The notes under the pieces were generated by a model. The model saw only the letters and a list, made by a program, of their open reading frames with translations, made no database searches and had not been told where the DNA came from. Positions 9,706 through 18,528 of a DNA stretch of 64,000 nucleotides are shown one piece after another. Position 1 is the stretch's first letter. Each line of letters opens with the position of its first letter. The position numbers were made by a program, and so were the translations under genes. Source of the stretch: Candidatus Latescibacterota bacterium. GTDB lineage: Bacteria; Latescibacterota; UBA2968; GCA-2709665. The stretch spans positions 3,424,001 through 3,488,000 of the forward strand of contig OZ252100.1 of assembly GCA_965248435.1 (NCBI GenBank), in the 5' to 3' direction.

Positions 9706-9854
9706 CAGAAGGACGTGCTTCTCGAAGCGGCTGTTTGCAAGGGAGTCGCACACCGCGGCCCCGATGGCTTAGAGCGATTCTTTTCGCAAGTTTCAAAGAC
9801 GCCCGATTTAGCGAAGAATCTGCTAGGTTTCACGGGACGCCTTGTTTCTCAGCG

Positions 9855-11150
9855 CTACTTCTGCTGCCGGACCCGAATGGCATTGGCGTGGGCATCGAGA
9901 CCTTCCGCCTCAGCCAGCGCGATGATGTGGCCTGCGGTTTTTCGAAGTCTCCGGTCCGTATAAGAAACGACATTGATCGTTTTGAGAAACGTCTCGACTC
10001 CGACCGAAGAAGCGAATCTTGCTGCTCCGACGGTCGGCAGGATATGGTTCGTGCCGGCGTAGTAGTCGCCCACGGGCTCCGAGGAGGCCGGGCCGAGGAA
10101 GACTGCACCTGCGTTTCTAATCGCTTCGAGGTGCTGCCAGGGATCTTCCACGAGCAGTTCGATATGTTCGGGAGCGATCTGGTTCGACAGATCGATGCCT
10201 TCAGCGAGGTCCTCTACGACGACGATGGCGCCGAAGGCGTCCAATGCCTTTTGGATTGCGTCCCGATGTGCCAGGTCGGTCAACTGTCGCTGAGTTTCCT
10301 CATCCACCTGTCGTGCGAGGTCCCGCGAAGGGGTGATGCAGATCGAGGCCTCGAAGCCGCTGCCGTGTTCCGCCTGAGAGAGGAGGTCTGCCGCCACGTG
10401 ACGAGGATCGGCCGAGTCGTCTGCAAGGACGACGATCTCACTCGGGCCGGCGATCATGTCGACTCCGACTGTCCCGAAGACGATCTTCTTCGCGATCTGC
10501 ACCGCTGGGTGCCCGGGGCCGACGAGCTTGTCCACCCTGGGAATGGTTTCCGTACCGTAAGCCAGTGCTGCTACCGCCTGCGCGCCGAAGACGCGGTAGA
10601 TCTCGTTCAGGCCCAGGATGTGTGCAGCCGCGAGGACCACAGGATGTACCGACCCGTCTTCTCGGGGAGGTGTAGCCACGCACAGGTGGGGCACGCCGGC
10701 AATCTGGGCCGGGATGACGCCCATCAGGAGCGTGGAAAAGAGCGGCGCGCTGGCACCCGGGATGAGGATCGCGGCCCGGTCGATGGGCAGGACGCGCTTC
10801 CCCAGGGAAACCCCGTCGCCGTCTTCGATGAACCAGGAGGTCTCCCGATGAGATTCGTGAAACCGACGGATGTTGTCGGCTGCCGCTTTGAGGATTTCAA
10901 CGAGGCCGACGTCGGCATCCCGGTAGGCTGCTTCGATTTCGCTTTCTGAAACCCGGAGGTCCTCCTCGCCGAGCAAAGCGCCGTCGAACTGCTGTGTGTA
11001 CTCGATGACGGCATCGTTTCCCCTGATTCGGACATCGGCAACAATTTCCCTGACCGCGGCCTCGAGCTCAGGGTCGTAGTCTGCAGTCCTTTCCAGAATA
11101 GTCTTGATCCGCTCGGGCATCCGATCACGCTTGTAGGTCACAACTTCCAT
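9855..11150 (-). CDS. hisD: Histidinol dehydrogenase
   Basis: GAQAVAALAYGTETIPRVDK..GPG, DMIAGPSE, DLLSQAEH, APEHIEL, GDYYAGTNHILPT, EGLDAHA. Confidence 0.97.
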   Translation of the reverse strand: MEVVTYKRDRMPERIKTILERTADYDPELEAAVREIVADVRIRGNDAVIEYTQQFDGALLGEEDLRVSESEIEAAYRDADVGLVEILKAAADNIRRFHESHRETSWFIEDGDGVSLGKRVLPIDRAAILIPGASAPLFSTLLMGVIPAQIAGVPHLCVATPPREDGSVHPVVLAAAHILGLNEIYRVFGAQAVAALAYGTETIPRVDKLVGPGHPAVQIAKKIVFGTVGVDMIAGPSEIVVLADDSADPRHVAADLLSQAEHGSGFEASICITPSRDLARQVDEETQRQLTDLAHRDAIQKALDAFGAIVVVEDLAEGIDLSNQIAPEHIELLVEDPWQHLEAIRNAGAVFLGPASSEPVGDYYAGTNHILPTVGAARFASSVGVETFLKTINVVSYTDRRLRKTAGHIIALAEAEGLDAHANAIRVRQQK

Positions 11151-11152
11151 GA

Positions 11153-12031
11153 TCAATAGATCACTTTGTTGAGTGGATACTCGATGATTCCGGTGGCGCC
11201 CGCTTTGATAAGCGCCGGTATCACGTCCCTCACGATCTTTTCATCCAGGATGACTTCCACGGCGATCCATTGCTCGTCGAGCAGGTTGGATATCGTCGGA
11301 TTGTTGAGCGCGGGCAGGTGTTTCACGACCGCTTCGAGGTCGGCGCGTCGCACGTTCATCTTGAGACCGACCTTGGCTTCCGCCTCGAAGGCACCGACCA
11401 GCAAGGTGGCTATGTTCAAAGCCTTTTCCTTCTTCCAGGGGTCATCCCACGCCTGGCGATTCGCGATAAACCGCGGAGTGGACTCGAACAAAGTTTCTAT
11501 GACTCTGAGCCTGTTCGCGCGAAGTGAAGAGCCGGTCTCGGTCAGTTCCACGATCGCGTCCACGAGACCCGGAACCCTGACCTTGGCCTCCGTCGACCCC
11601 CAGGAGTATTCGACTTCGGCCTCCAACCCCTTTTCCTTGAGGAAGCGGCGCGTCATTCCTACGAGCTCCGTCGCGATTCGCGTTCCCTCGAGGTCCTGGA
11701 TCGTTTTTATGGGCGACTCGTCGGGGACGGCGATCACCCAACGCACGGGCTGGGCGGTGGACCTGCTGTAGCTCAGATCGGCGATTTCAACCACGTCGGC
11801 GTCGTTTTCGAGGATCCAGTCCTTGCCGGTCAAGCCCACGTCCAGCAGCCCCCGCTCGACGTAGTGAGCGATTTCTTCCGCGCGGAGGAGCAGGCCCTGC
11901 AGCTCTGGATCATCTATGGCAGGGGTATAAGACCTGGGGTTGATTCGGATCCGGTAGCCGGCCCTGGAGAAAAGCTGCAGAGTTGATTCCTGGAGGCTTC
12001 CAGAGGGAAGGCCGATTTTTAGCGAGGACAT
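11153..12031 (-). CDS. hisG: ATP phosphoribosyltransferase, long form
   Basis: LKIGLPSGSLQ, DVGLTGKDWILE, SWGSTEAK, DAIVELTETGSSLRANRL, C-terminal regulatory domain ending PLNKVIY. Confidence 0.96.
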   Translation of the reverse strand: MSSLKIGLPSGSLQESTLQLFSRAGYRIRINPRSYTPAIDDPELQGLLLRAEEIAHYVERGLLDVGLTGKDWILENDADVVEIADLSYSRSTAQPVRWVIAVPDESPIKTIQDLEGTRIATELVGMTRRFLKEKGLEAEVEYSWGSTEAKVRVPGLVDAIVELTETGSSLRANRLRVIETLFESTPRFIANRQAWDDPWKKEKALNIATLLVGAFEAEAKVGLKMNVRRADLEAVVKHLPALNNPTISNLLDEQWIAVEVILDEKIVRDVIPALIKAGATGIIEYPLNKVIY

Positions 12032-12142
12032 GGTGGCTCCCGATCGTTACTGCAACGACGAGCTTCTCAACAGGTGTGGAACTGGATCGATACCTCTAAT
12101 CAGACAAGCGTCACGATTTCTTTAGTAGAGGAAGTCGTGCGG

Positions 12143-12235
12143 TTACCGGACGTCCGGATGGACGTGGTGGGAGGGAGCGATGGGGAGAGGGTCGTTGAGG
12201 CTCCGAATATCGGAATATGGGCAGAATCGATTCAT
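12143..12235 (-). CDS. Candidate 30-aa His-containing leader peptide upstream of hisG
   Basis: MNRFCPYSDIRSLNDPLPIAPSHHVHPDVR*; three His in four codons near its end, about 110 nt before hisG; weak SD (AGGA). Confidence 0.3.
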   Translation of the reverse strand: MNRFCPYSDIRSLNDPLPIAPSHHVHPDVR

Positions 12236-12263
12236 GGTCCTGTGCAGAGTCAAAAAAGTGTGT

Positions 12264-13721
12264 TCATCCACGAGTCTGGCTTTCGAGAAATCCGATCAGT
12301 CCGTTCAGGGAGTTGTGAATTTCCCGGAAGTGCTTGTTCTCTTTGAAGTCGCGGATGAGTTCCCACCGATCGTAGGTGAAGGTATCTCTAGAGTATTCAC
12401 TGGGGTCATAGTAGAATTTCATCCCGAAACCGGTGATCTCCGCCGCCTCCTCTTCTTCCTTCGGGGGCTTCATCTCGGTCCGGACGATCTTTGAAAGGAT
12501 CTGGATCCTCATCGGGACTGCGGGTTCGTAGACCTCGGTCTCCCGATTAAACCTGAGCTTCGGATAGAAGTTGAGGAGATAACAGAGCCCCTCGAGGGCC
12601 TGGATCTTGTCCTCGACTGGCATCTCTTTGTGGTCTTCACCCAGCGCGTAATCGAGGAAGGCCTTCGACGCCGAGATCTTGACCCCCCCCACGCCGAAAT
12701 CGAGCATTTCAGCCCCGATTCCTGCCTCCTTTCGGATGTCTCCGCTCGTCCTGACCGTCATGTTCTCGGTCCCGACACGGGTGATTTCTGAAATCAGGTC
12801 GTAGTATTCGGTGGGGTGATCTGAGGAGATACGCGTATAAAAGCCCAGGACGATCGTGTCTCCGTCGCCCAGCCCAAATGGGTCATCCCGACTGCTGGAC
12901 ATGTTGGAAGGTTTCCGGATGTAGAATGTGCGGGAATCCTCCTTGGACGTTTCCAGACCCAGGACGTCTGATTTGTTCATCTCCAGAAGGGAAACCTTGT
13001 TTGATTTCTCGTCCATGTGAGGCTTTCCAACGAAGACGACTCGGCCATCCCTCGTGTTGGCCCTCAGGCCGTTTTTCATGAATTTGACGACATCCTCAGG
13101 CTCCTGACCGTTCAGGTCTGTATCGGTGTCGTAGGGTATCAACTGAAGTTCGCTGATGTTCGTGGGCAGGCTGCCTGTTTCCGGAAATTCCATGTCCGTT
13201 TTCGAGATGTAGAGATCGAAGAGGACCTGAGAGTAGACACGCATTCCGCCGTGTCCGGGCTTGTGGGAATACCGGAGAAACTGGCGTTTATCGCTCTTCC
13301 GGATGACCCCAATCGGTCTTACCGCGTAGCCCGTCGGGAGTCGGGGGTCAAGATCTCCCCGGATCTCATTGGGGAAATTGATCCGCCCCATCACGCGGCA
13401 GTCCAGGGTGTGCGGAATACGGTTGTGCAGGAACCAGAGGTGGACAATCTCGTCTTTCCCCTTGAAGAAGGACTGATTATCCTCGGCCTTGATGGCGTCG
13501 GGCGTGCTGATATAGAAGGCCTTGTTTTGAACGAGGGGCTTCTCGCCGTGCTTGAAAATGAAGGCCCGGCCCAGGTCCTCGGTAGATTCCTCCCCCTCTG
13601 GGGTCTTCAGGAGGCTGCAGTTGGCCGAGCTTGGCTCCATGTCGACCAGCTTTTCGAGGATGCTGTCGACCGAGGGTTTTTTTCGCCCTCCTGCACCCTT
13701 TTTGAATGGGTTGAATGGCAT
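12264..13721 (-). CDS. Hypothetical protein with YcgR/PilZ-like motifs separated by a large insertion
   Basis: IRKSDKRQFLRY (RxxxR), MLDFGVGGVKI (DxxxGG), KIVR...GFGMKF; start set at ATG 13721 because a predicted promoter lies at 13780-13808. Confidence 0.6.
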   Translation of the reverse strand: MPFNPFKKGAGGRKKPSVDSILEKLVDMEPSSANCSLLKTPEGEESTEDLGRAFIFKHGEKPLVQNKAFYISTPDAIKAEDNQSFFKGKDEIVHLWFLHNRIPHTLDCRVMGRINFPNEIRGDLDPRLPTGYAVRPIGVIRKSDKRQFLRYSHKPGHGGMRVYSQVLFDLYISKTDMEFPETGSLPTNISELQLIPYDTDTDLNGQEPEDVVKFMKNGLRANTRDGRVVFVGKPHMDEKSNKVSLLEMNKSDVLGLETSKEDSRTFYIRKPSNMSSSRDDPFGLGDGDTIVLGFYTRISSDHPTEYYDLISEITRVGTENMTVRTSGDIRKEAGIGAEMLDFGVGGVKISASKAFLDYALGEDHKEMPVEDKIQALEGLCYLLNFYPKLRFNRETEVYEPAVPMRIQILSKIVRTEMKPPKEEEEAAEITGFGMKFYYDPSEYSRDTFTYDRWELIRDFKENKHFREIHNSLNGLIGFLESQTRG

Positions 13722-13779
13722 TACATCTGTCCCAAGTTCCGAATCTATACGGGCATACGTCAACCGAGGGTATTTGTAA

Positions 13780-13808
13780 ACCTTACAATAATATATATCG
13801 TTTGTCAA
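13780..13808 (-). promoter_or_regulatory. Sigma70-type promoter for the PilZ-like gene
   Basis: Minus strand TTGACA-17 nt-TAAGGT. Confidence 0.55.
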
Positions 13809-13830
13809 TCACAAACTTTGAGCGATAATG

Positions 13831-13859
13831 TTGACAAACATGGGGCTCGGGTTTAAGTT
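13831..13859 (+). promoter_or_regulatory. Sigma70-type promoter for the phosphodiesterase-uvrC-ogt-xerD unit
   Basis: TTGACA-17 nt-TAAGTT, back to back with the minus-strand promoter. Confidence 0.55.
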
Positions 13860-13941
13860 TCGAGACGCGCGACCCCGTAAACGGAGCGCTTACGTAGAAG
13901 CCCCAAGACCTGAAAAAGCTGATACCTGGAGACGATTCGGG

Positions 13942-14433
13942 ATGTCGAACCTGGTCGGCCTGGTGGCCGATACCCACGACAACAGGGATTCTGTGGAGAA
14001 GGCGGTGGCCCTGTTCAATGCCAAAGGTGTGGGTCTCGTGCTCCACGCGGGGGATTTCATCGCTCCGTTCAACGCCAGGTGGATGGCCGATCTCAGGGCG
14101 CCAATGATCGGGGTTTTCGGGAACAATGACGGTGAGCGGTTCGGGCTGCAGGCCCAGTTCGAGAAGATCGGGCCGATCCACCGACCCCCCTATCGGTTTG
14201 AAACCCACGGGAAGCGGATACTGTTGATGCACGAACCTGATGAAATCAATGCACTTACAGAAAGCGGAGCCTACGATGTGATCGTCTACGGACACCTTCA
14301 CGAGATCGACGTTCGCCCCCAGGGACCGACACTCGTCGTGAATCCAGGGGAGGCCGGGGGCTGGACGACGGGCCGGACGACCGTAGGTCTGCTCGATCTG
14401 GATTCACTTTCTGTCGACATCCTCGATCTGTGA
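13942..14433 (+). CDS. YfcE/MJ0936-family metallophosphoesterase
   Basis: ADTHDN, HAGDF, GNND, MHEP, YGHLH, VNPGE motifs. Confidence 0.92.
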   Translation: MSNLVGLVADTHDNRDSVEKAVALFNAKGVGLVLHAGDFIAPFNARWMADLRAPMIGVFGNNDGERFGLQAQFEKIGPIHRPPYRFETHGKRILLMHEPDEINALTESGAYDVIVYGHLHEIDVRPQGPTLVVNPGEAGGWTTGRTTVGLLDLDSLSVDILDL

Positions 14434-14596
14434 TTGGGGTGGCCGATGCGGGGTGTGTGTGTGGTCTATCCACGAGCTTAGACGTGCTGTGATAGGTCTG
14501 TTGCCCTGGCGACGGCGGAACCCACGCAGGGCTCGGCGGTTCAGCGGCAGAAGGACCGCGGGACTCGAAACCGCTGCTGAAGCCTACCATCGGTCC

Positions 14597-14914
14597 GTGA
14601 AGTGGGGCGATCGGTTGACTCGGTATGCGAACGAACCTGTGGATGTGCCGCCTTATGAGGTGGGGGCACTGAAGGGAGAGCGGCCGCCGCACCGGCTTCG
14701 GTGGCGGGGCCGGTGGTATCGGCTCGGGGGAGAGACCGCCTCGTGGAAAGACGGACGAAAGCCGGTGAGGGGAAGGCCGGAGTACGGGCGTCTGTATTTC
14801 CTGGTCGAAACGGAACGGAACGGGTTTTTTCAGATCTACTTCGAACGATCCGACAAGCGAAGAGGAACGGGCAAATGGGTTCTCTACCGGCGGACACAAC
14901 TCCGACCCGCGTAA
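14597..14914 (+). CDS. Small DUF6504-like protein (start uncertain)
   Basis: NEPVDV...PHRLRWRGRWYRL...W...YFLVETE...FQIYF...KWVL pattern. Confidence 0.55.
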   Translation: MKWGDRLTRYANEPVDVPPYEVGALKGERPPHRLRWRGRWYRLGGETASWKDGRKPVRGRPEYGRLYFLVETERNGFFQIYFERSDKRRGTGKWVLYRRTQLRPA

Positions 14915-16770
14915 GTCTGAGTCGGGGAGAGGCCCACAAAAACATCGAAGAGATCCTGGACCACCTCCCGAAGGCACCCGGTGTCTATCTGATGAAGGAT
15001 GGGGAGGGGAAGATCTTCTACATCGGAAAGGCCAAATCCCTTCAGAGTCGGGTTCGATCCTACTTTCGGCCACTGGCGGACGATGGCCGACCCCAGTTCA
15101 GGGCCCTCATCAAGCACATCCGGGATCTGGAAACGATCGTGACAGATACCGAGATGGAGGCGCTGATTCTGGAAGCCAACCTGATCAAGGCACACAAGCC
15201 CAAGTACAACATCAATCTGAAGGACGACAAAAAATACCCATTTGTTCGGATTACGCAGGAGCCGTTTCCCAGAATCATCGTGACCCGAGACGTGGTTCGG
15301 GACGGCTCTCGCTACCTGGGTCCCTATTCTGATGTCAAATCCCTGCGGCGAACGATGGACACGATGCATCGCCTCTTCAGGGTTCGGAGCTGTGATTTCG
15401 CTCTTCCTTCCGCAAATGTTCGAGTTTGCCTGGACTATGAGATCGGGCGATGTGACGGTCCGTGCGAAGGGCTGATCTCGCAGGATGAATACAGGAAGAT
15501 CGTTGAAGAAGCCGTGCTCTTTCTGACCGGCAGGCACACTGAGGTAGTACGGGCCTTGAAGGGGCGCATGCAGACGCTGTCGGAGGGCAGGCGATTCGAA
15601 GATGCGGCGATCTGTCGAGACCGGATTCGTGCCCTGGAGCAGACGACAAGGCGCCAGAAGGTCGTTTCGAACGAATTTTCGGACTGGGATGCGATCGCTG
15701 TTTCGCGCGAAGACGAGGAGGCCTGCGGGGTCGTGATGGAGGTCAGGGAGGGGCGTCTGATCGGTCGGCAGCACTACTTCATCGGAGGCGTTCTTCACGC
15801 ACAGATGAAGGAAATCGTTTCGGCGTTCGTGAGACTTTTCTACGTGACTGCCTCGTTCGTGCCCAGGGATATCCACCTGGCGTGTGACATCGACGACCGG
15901 GAAACGGTCTCGAACTGGCTGCGGGACAAGGCGGGAAGAAACGTCGAGATTCACGCACCTCAAAGGGGCGATAAGGCGCGTCTCTTGAAGATGGCGGAGA
16001 GCAACGCGGCCCTGCTCTTGTCCGAGCGCCGTCTGAAGCGGGACCGGCGGCGTCAACAGGTCCCGGCGGCGGTCACCGCCCTGCAGAGGGACCTTCACCT
16101 GGACCGTCCTCCACAGCGGATCGAGGCCGTGGACATATCCAACATTCAGGGGAGCGATCCGGTCGCCTCTCTGGTTTCTTTTGTGGGTGGGCGGCCTCGG
16201 AAAAAAGAGTACCGGCATTTCCGGATTACGGGAATCGCTGGACCCAACGACTTTGCAATGATGAAGCAAGTCGTCACGCGCCGGTTCAGACGACTTTCAG
16301 AAGAGGGCCAGCCCTTTCCAGACCTGCTCCTCGTAGATGGAGGCAAGGGCCAGCTTTCTTCCGCGCTGTCCGCGCTGAAAGCCCTGGGATTTGTAGAACA
16401 GCGGGTCGTCGGTTTGGCCAAACGGCTCGAAGAGGTCTTCCTCCCAGGGCATCCGGATGCCCAGAATATCCCGAAGACCTCCTCCTCCCTCCGGTTGCTC
16501 CAGGCCCTTCGCGACGAGTCGCACCGTTTTGCGCTTACATATCACAGGAAACTGCGCAAGCGGCGGACGCTTACTTCTGAGCTGGACGACATCGCGGGCG
16601 TTGGCCCCGCGCGCCGTCGGGCCCTTCTTCGTCATTTCAGTTCCTTGAAGCGGGTCAAAGAGGCAGCGGCTGAGGAAGTGGCCGCCGTGGAGGGGATCGG
16701 ACCGAAGCTTGCACAGCAGATTCACGACGCGTTAAGCGCTGAATCTTCGAAAACATCAGGAGAGGCGTAG
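14875..16770 (+). CDS. uvrC: Excinuclease ABC subunit C
   Basis: LPKAPGVYLMKD...YIGKAKSLQSRVRSYF (GIY-YIG), UVR domain, IEAVDISN, DLLLVDGGKGQL, RDESHRFA, HhH; start uncertain. Confidence 0.96.
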   Translation: MGSLPADTTPTRVSLSRGEAHKNIEEILDHLPKAPGVYLMKDGEGKIFYIGKAKSLQSRVRSYFRPLADDGRPQFRALIKHIRDLETIVTDTEMEALILEANLIKAHKPKYNINLKDDKKYPFVRITQEPFPRIIVTRDVVRDGSRYLGPYSDVKSLRRTMDTMHRLFRVRSCDFALPSANVRVCLDYEIGRCDGPCEGLISQDEYRKIVEEAVLFLTGRHTEVVRALKGRMQTLSEGRRFEDAAICRDRIRALEQTTRRQKVVSNEFSDWDAIAVSREDEEACGVVMEVREGRLIGRQHYFIGGVLHAQMKEIVSAFVRLFYVTASFVPRDIHLACDIDDRETVSNWLRDKAGRNVEIHAPQRGDKARLLKMAESNAALLLSERRLKRDRRRQQVPAAVTALQRDLHLDRPPQRIEAVDISNIQGSDPVASLVSFVGGRPRKKEYRHFRITGIAGPNDFAMMKQVVTRRFRRLSEEGQPFPDLLLVDGGKGQLSSALSALKALGFVEQRVVGLAKRLEEVFLPGHPDAQNIPKTSSSLRLLQALRDESHRFALTYHRKLRKRRTLTSELDDIAGVGPARRRALLRHFSSLKRVKEAAAEEVAAVEGIGPKLAQQIHDALSAESSKTSGEA

Positions 16771-16773
16771 CCA

Positions 16774-17280
16774 TTGGATAAGACTGTTGAACTGCGGACA
16801 GGGTTGGGTGGGGTCACGGCAGCCTGGGACAACGGAAGGTTGGACCGAGTTCGCCTGGGGACATTTGAGCCGGATGGGGAGCGCAACCGGCCGTGTCTCG
16901 TGTCGGGAACCGTTCCGGACGCGGATGCCCACGGGCTGGTTTCGGCGATCCTGGATTATTTCTCAGGGGCGCCTGTCACGTTCGCGTGGCAGCCTACGTA
17001 TGGCGGGACCGAGTTCGAGCAGGAGGTGTGGCGGGCCGCGCAGGGGATTCCCTATGGAGAGACGCGAAGCTACGGTTGGCTCGCAGAAAGGATCGGCCGA
17101 AGCGGGGGCCCTCGAGCGGTGGGAGCAGCGCTAGGGAAGAATCCGTTCCATCTGGTCGTGCCCTGCCACAGAGTCCTGGCCGCATCAGGCGCCTTGACCG
17201 GCTTTGCGTGCGGGCTGGAATGGAAGGCAGCGCTTCTAAAACTCGAGCGGAGCGCCGATGAATCAGTCGACCAAAACTGA
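16774..17280 (+). CDS. ogt: Methylated-DNA-protein-cysteine methyltransferase
   Basis: IPYGETRSYG, RAVGAALGKNP, VPCHRV active site. Confidence 0.93.
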   Translation: MDKTVELRTGLGGVTAAWDNGRLDRVRLGTFEPDGERNRPCLVSGTVPDADAHGLVSAILDYFSGAPVTFAWQPTYGGTEFEQEVWRAAQGIPYGETRSYGWLAERIGRSGGPRAVGAALGKNPFHLVVPCHRVLAASGALTGFACGLEWKAALLKLERSADESVDQN

Positions 17281-18187
17281 GGCGGAGATCCCCCCGACGT
17301 GGCAGGATGCGCTCAGCCGGTTTCTGGACTTCGTCGTGCTGGAGCGCGGCCTCGCGGCGAACACTGCTGACGGTTACGGGCGGGACCTCGCTCGCTACCT
17401 GATGCTGCTGACCGACCGTGGCATCGAAGATCCGAAGGAGGTGTCGAGCGAAGATGTGTCTGCCCTGCTTCGTTCCCTCGGAGACGTGGGCCTGGAGGCC
17501 TCCAGCGTCGCACGGAATCTGACCGCGATCAGGATGTTCCACCGGTTCCTGGTAGCTGAAGGGCTTGCGGATGAGGATCCTACGGAACACCTGAAACCCC
17601 CAAAGCTGGGGAGGAAGCTTCCGAGGGTTTTGAATGTCGAGGAGGTCGAGCGGTTAACGCTCGAACCGGACGTCTCGACACCCCTGGGTCTTCGAGACAA
17701 AGCGATGCTAGAGATGCTCTACGGGGCGGGACTGCGTGTCTCGGAGCTGACCGGGCTGGAACGGACCCACCTGCTTTTCGAGTTGGATGTCCTGCGCGTG
17801 GTCGGGAAGGGGAGTAGGGAACGGGTGGTTCCGATCGGACGGGAAGCGAAGACCTCGGTTACACGATACTTGAAAGAGGGACGTCCGCAGCTCGAGCGGG
17901 CCGGTTCCGGCCAATCGGTGTTCCTGAATCAACGGGGGGGACGTATTACACGGATGGGCGTGTGGAAGCTCCTGCGTCAACACGCGAGATCGGCCGGGAT
18001 CGAAAAGGACGTCAGTCCTCATATCCTGCGACATACCTTTGCGACGCATCTACTCGAGGGAGGCGCCGACCTGCGCGCTGTACAGGAGATGCTCGGCCAC
18101 GCAGATATCTCCACGACGCAGATCTATACACACGTGGACCGGGAATACTTGAAGGAGGTACACCGGACGTTTCATCCGAGAGCGTAA
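17258..18187 (+). CDS. xerD: Site-specific tyrosine recombinase XerD
   Basis: ERGLAANT..Y.RDL, RDKAMLEMLYGAGLRVSEL, GKGSRERVVP, SPHILRHTFATHLLEGGADLRAVQEMLGHADISTTQIYTHV, HPRA end. Confidence 0.93.
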   Translation: MNQSTKTEAEIPPTWQDALSRFLDFVVLERGLAANTADGYGRDLARYLMLLTDRGIEDPKEVSSEDVSALLRSLGDVGLEASSVARNLTAIRMFHRFLVAEGLADEDPTEHLKPPKLGRKLPRVLNVEEVERLTLEPDVSTPLGLRDKAMLEMLYGAGLRVSELTGLERTHLLFELDVLRVVGKGSRERVVPIGREAKTSVTRYLKEGRPQLERAGSGQSVFLNQRGGRITRMGVWKLLRQHARSAGIEKDVSPHILRHTFATHLLEGGADLRAVQEMLGHADISTTQIYTHVDREYLKEVHRTFHPRA

Positions 18188-18189
18188 AT

Positions 18190-18285
18190 CCGTTGATCGC
18201 TGGTCGCGTCCAGAAGGACACGACCGAAGCGTCGTTCGTGGATCGTAAAGCAAACCTCACCGCTAGAGGCCGTTGATCGCTGGTC
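18190..18285 (+). repeat. 16-bp direct repeat pair CCGTTGATCGCTGGTC
   Basis: Copies at 18190-18205 and 18270-18285. Confidence 0.75.
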
Positions 18286-18326
18286 CTCACCGGAGAGATC
18301 GTAGAGAAAGAACCGGGTACCGTAGA

Positions 18327-18364
18327 AATTGCGGATTGCGGATTTGGGATTGCGGAATGAAAGG
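18327..18364 (+). repeat. 38-bp heptamer-based dispersed repeat, copy 2
   Basis: Identical to 9668-9705. Confidence 0.9.
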
Positions 18365-18528
18365 GTCACGGTAGACTTCGCGGAGGTCGCAGTAACTCGG
18401 AGAGATTTTCCAGACGTCTGGAAAATTAGTCTAACTCTAATATTTACAATAATCGGAAAAGAATAACCACGGGCATGTCCCCGCACCTCACATTCGTTGG
18501 GCATAAACTCCAGCAGGGGTCGTAGAGA

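Noticed and set aside
9735-10949. Long antisense ORFs (9735..10949, 14884..16269, 23999..25042, 31077..32069, 42399..43553 and others)
   Set aside because: Opposite well-supported genes; expected by chance in high-GC DNA and without recognisable motifs
17258-18187. Phage or island integrase
   Set aside because: Sequence fits housekeeping XerD and is coupled to uvrC-ogt; no att sites or phage genes seen
18421-18466. dif site next to xerD
   Set aside because: AT-rich, but no convincing XerD arm (TTATGTTAAAT) or 11-6-11 structure
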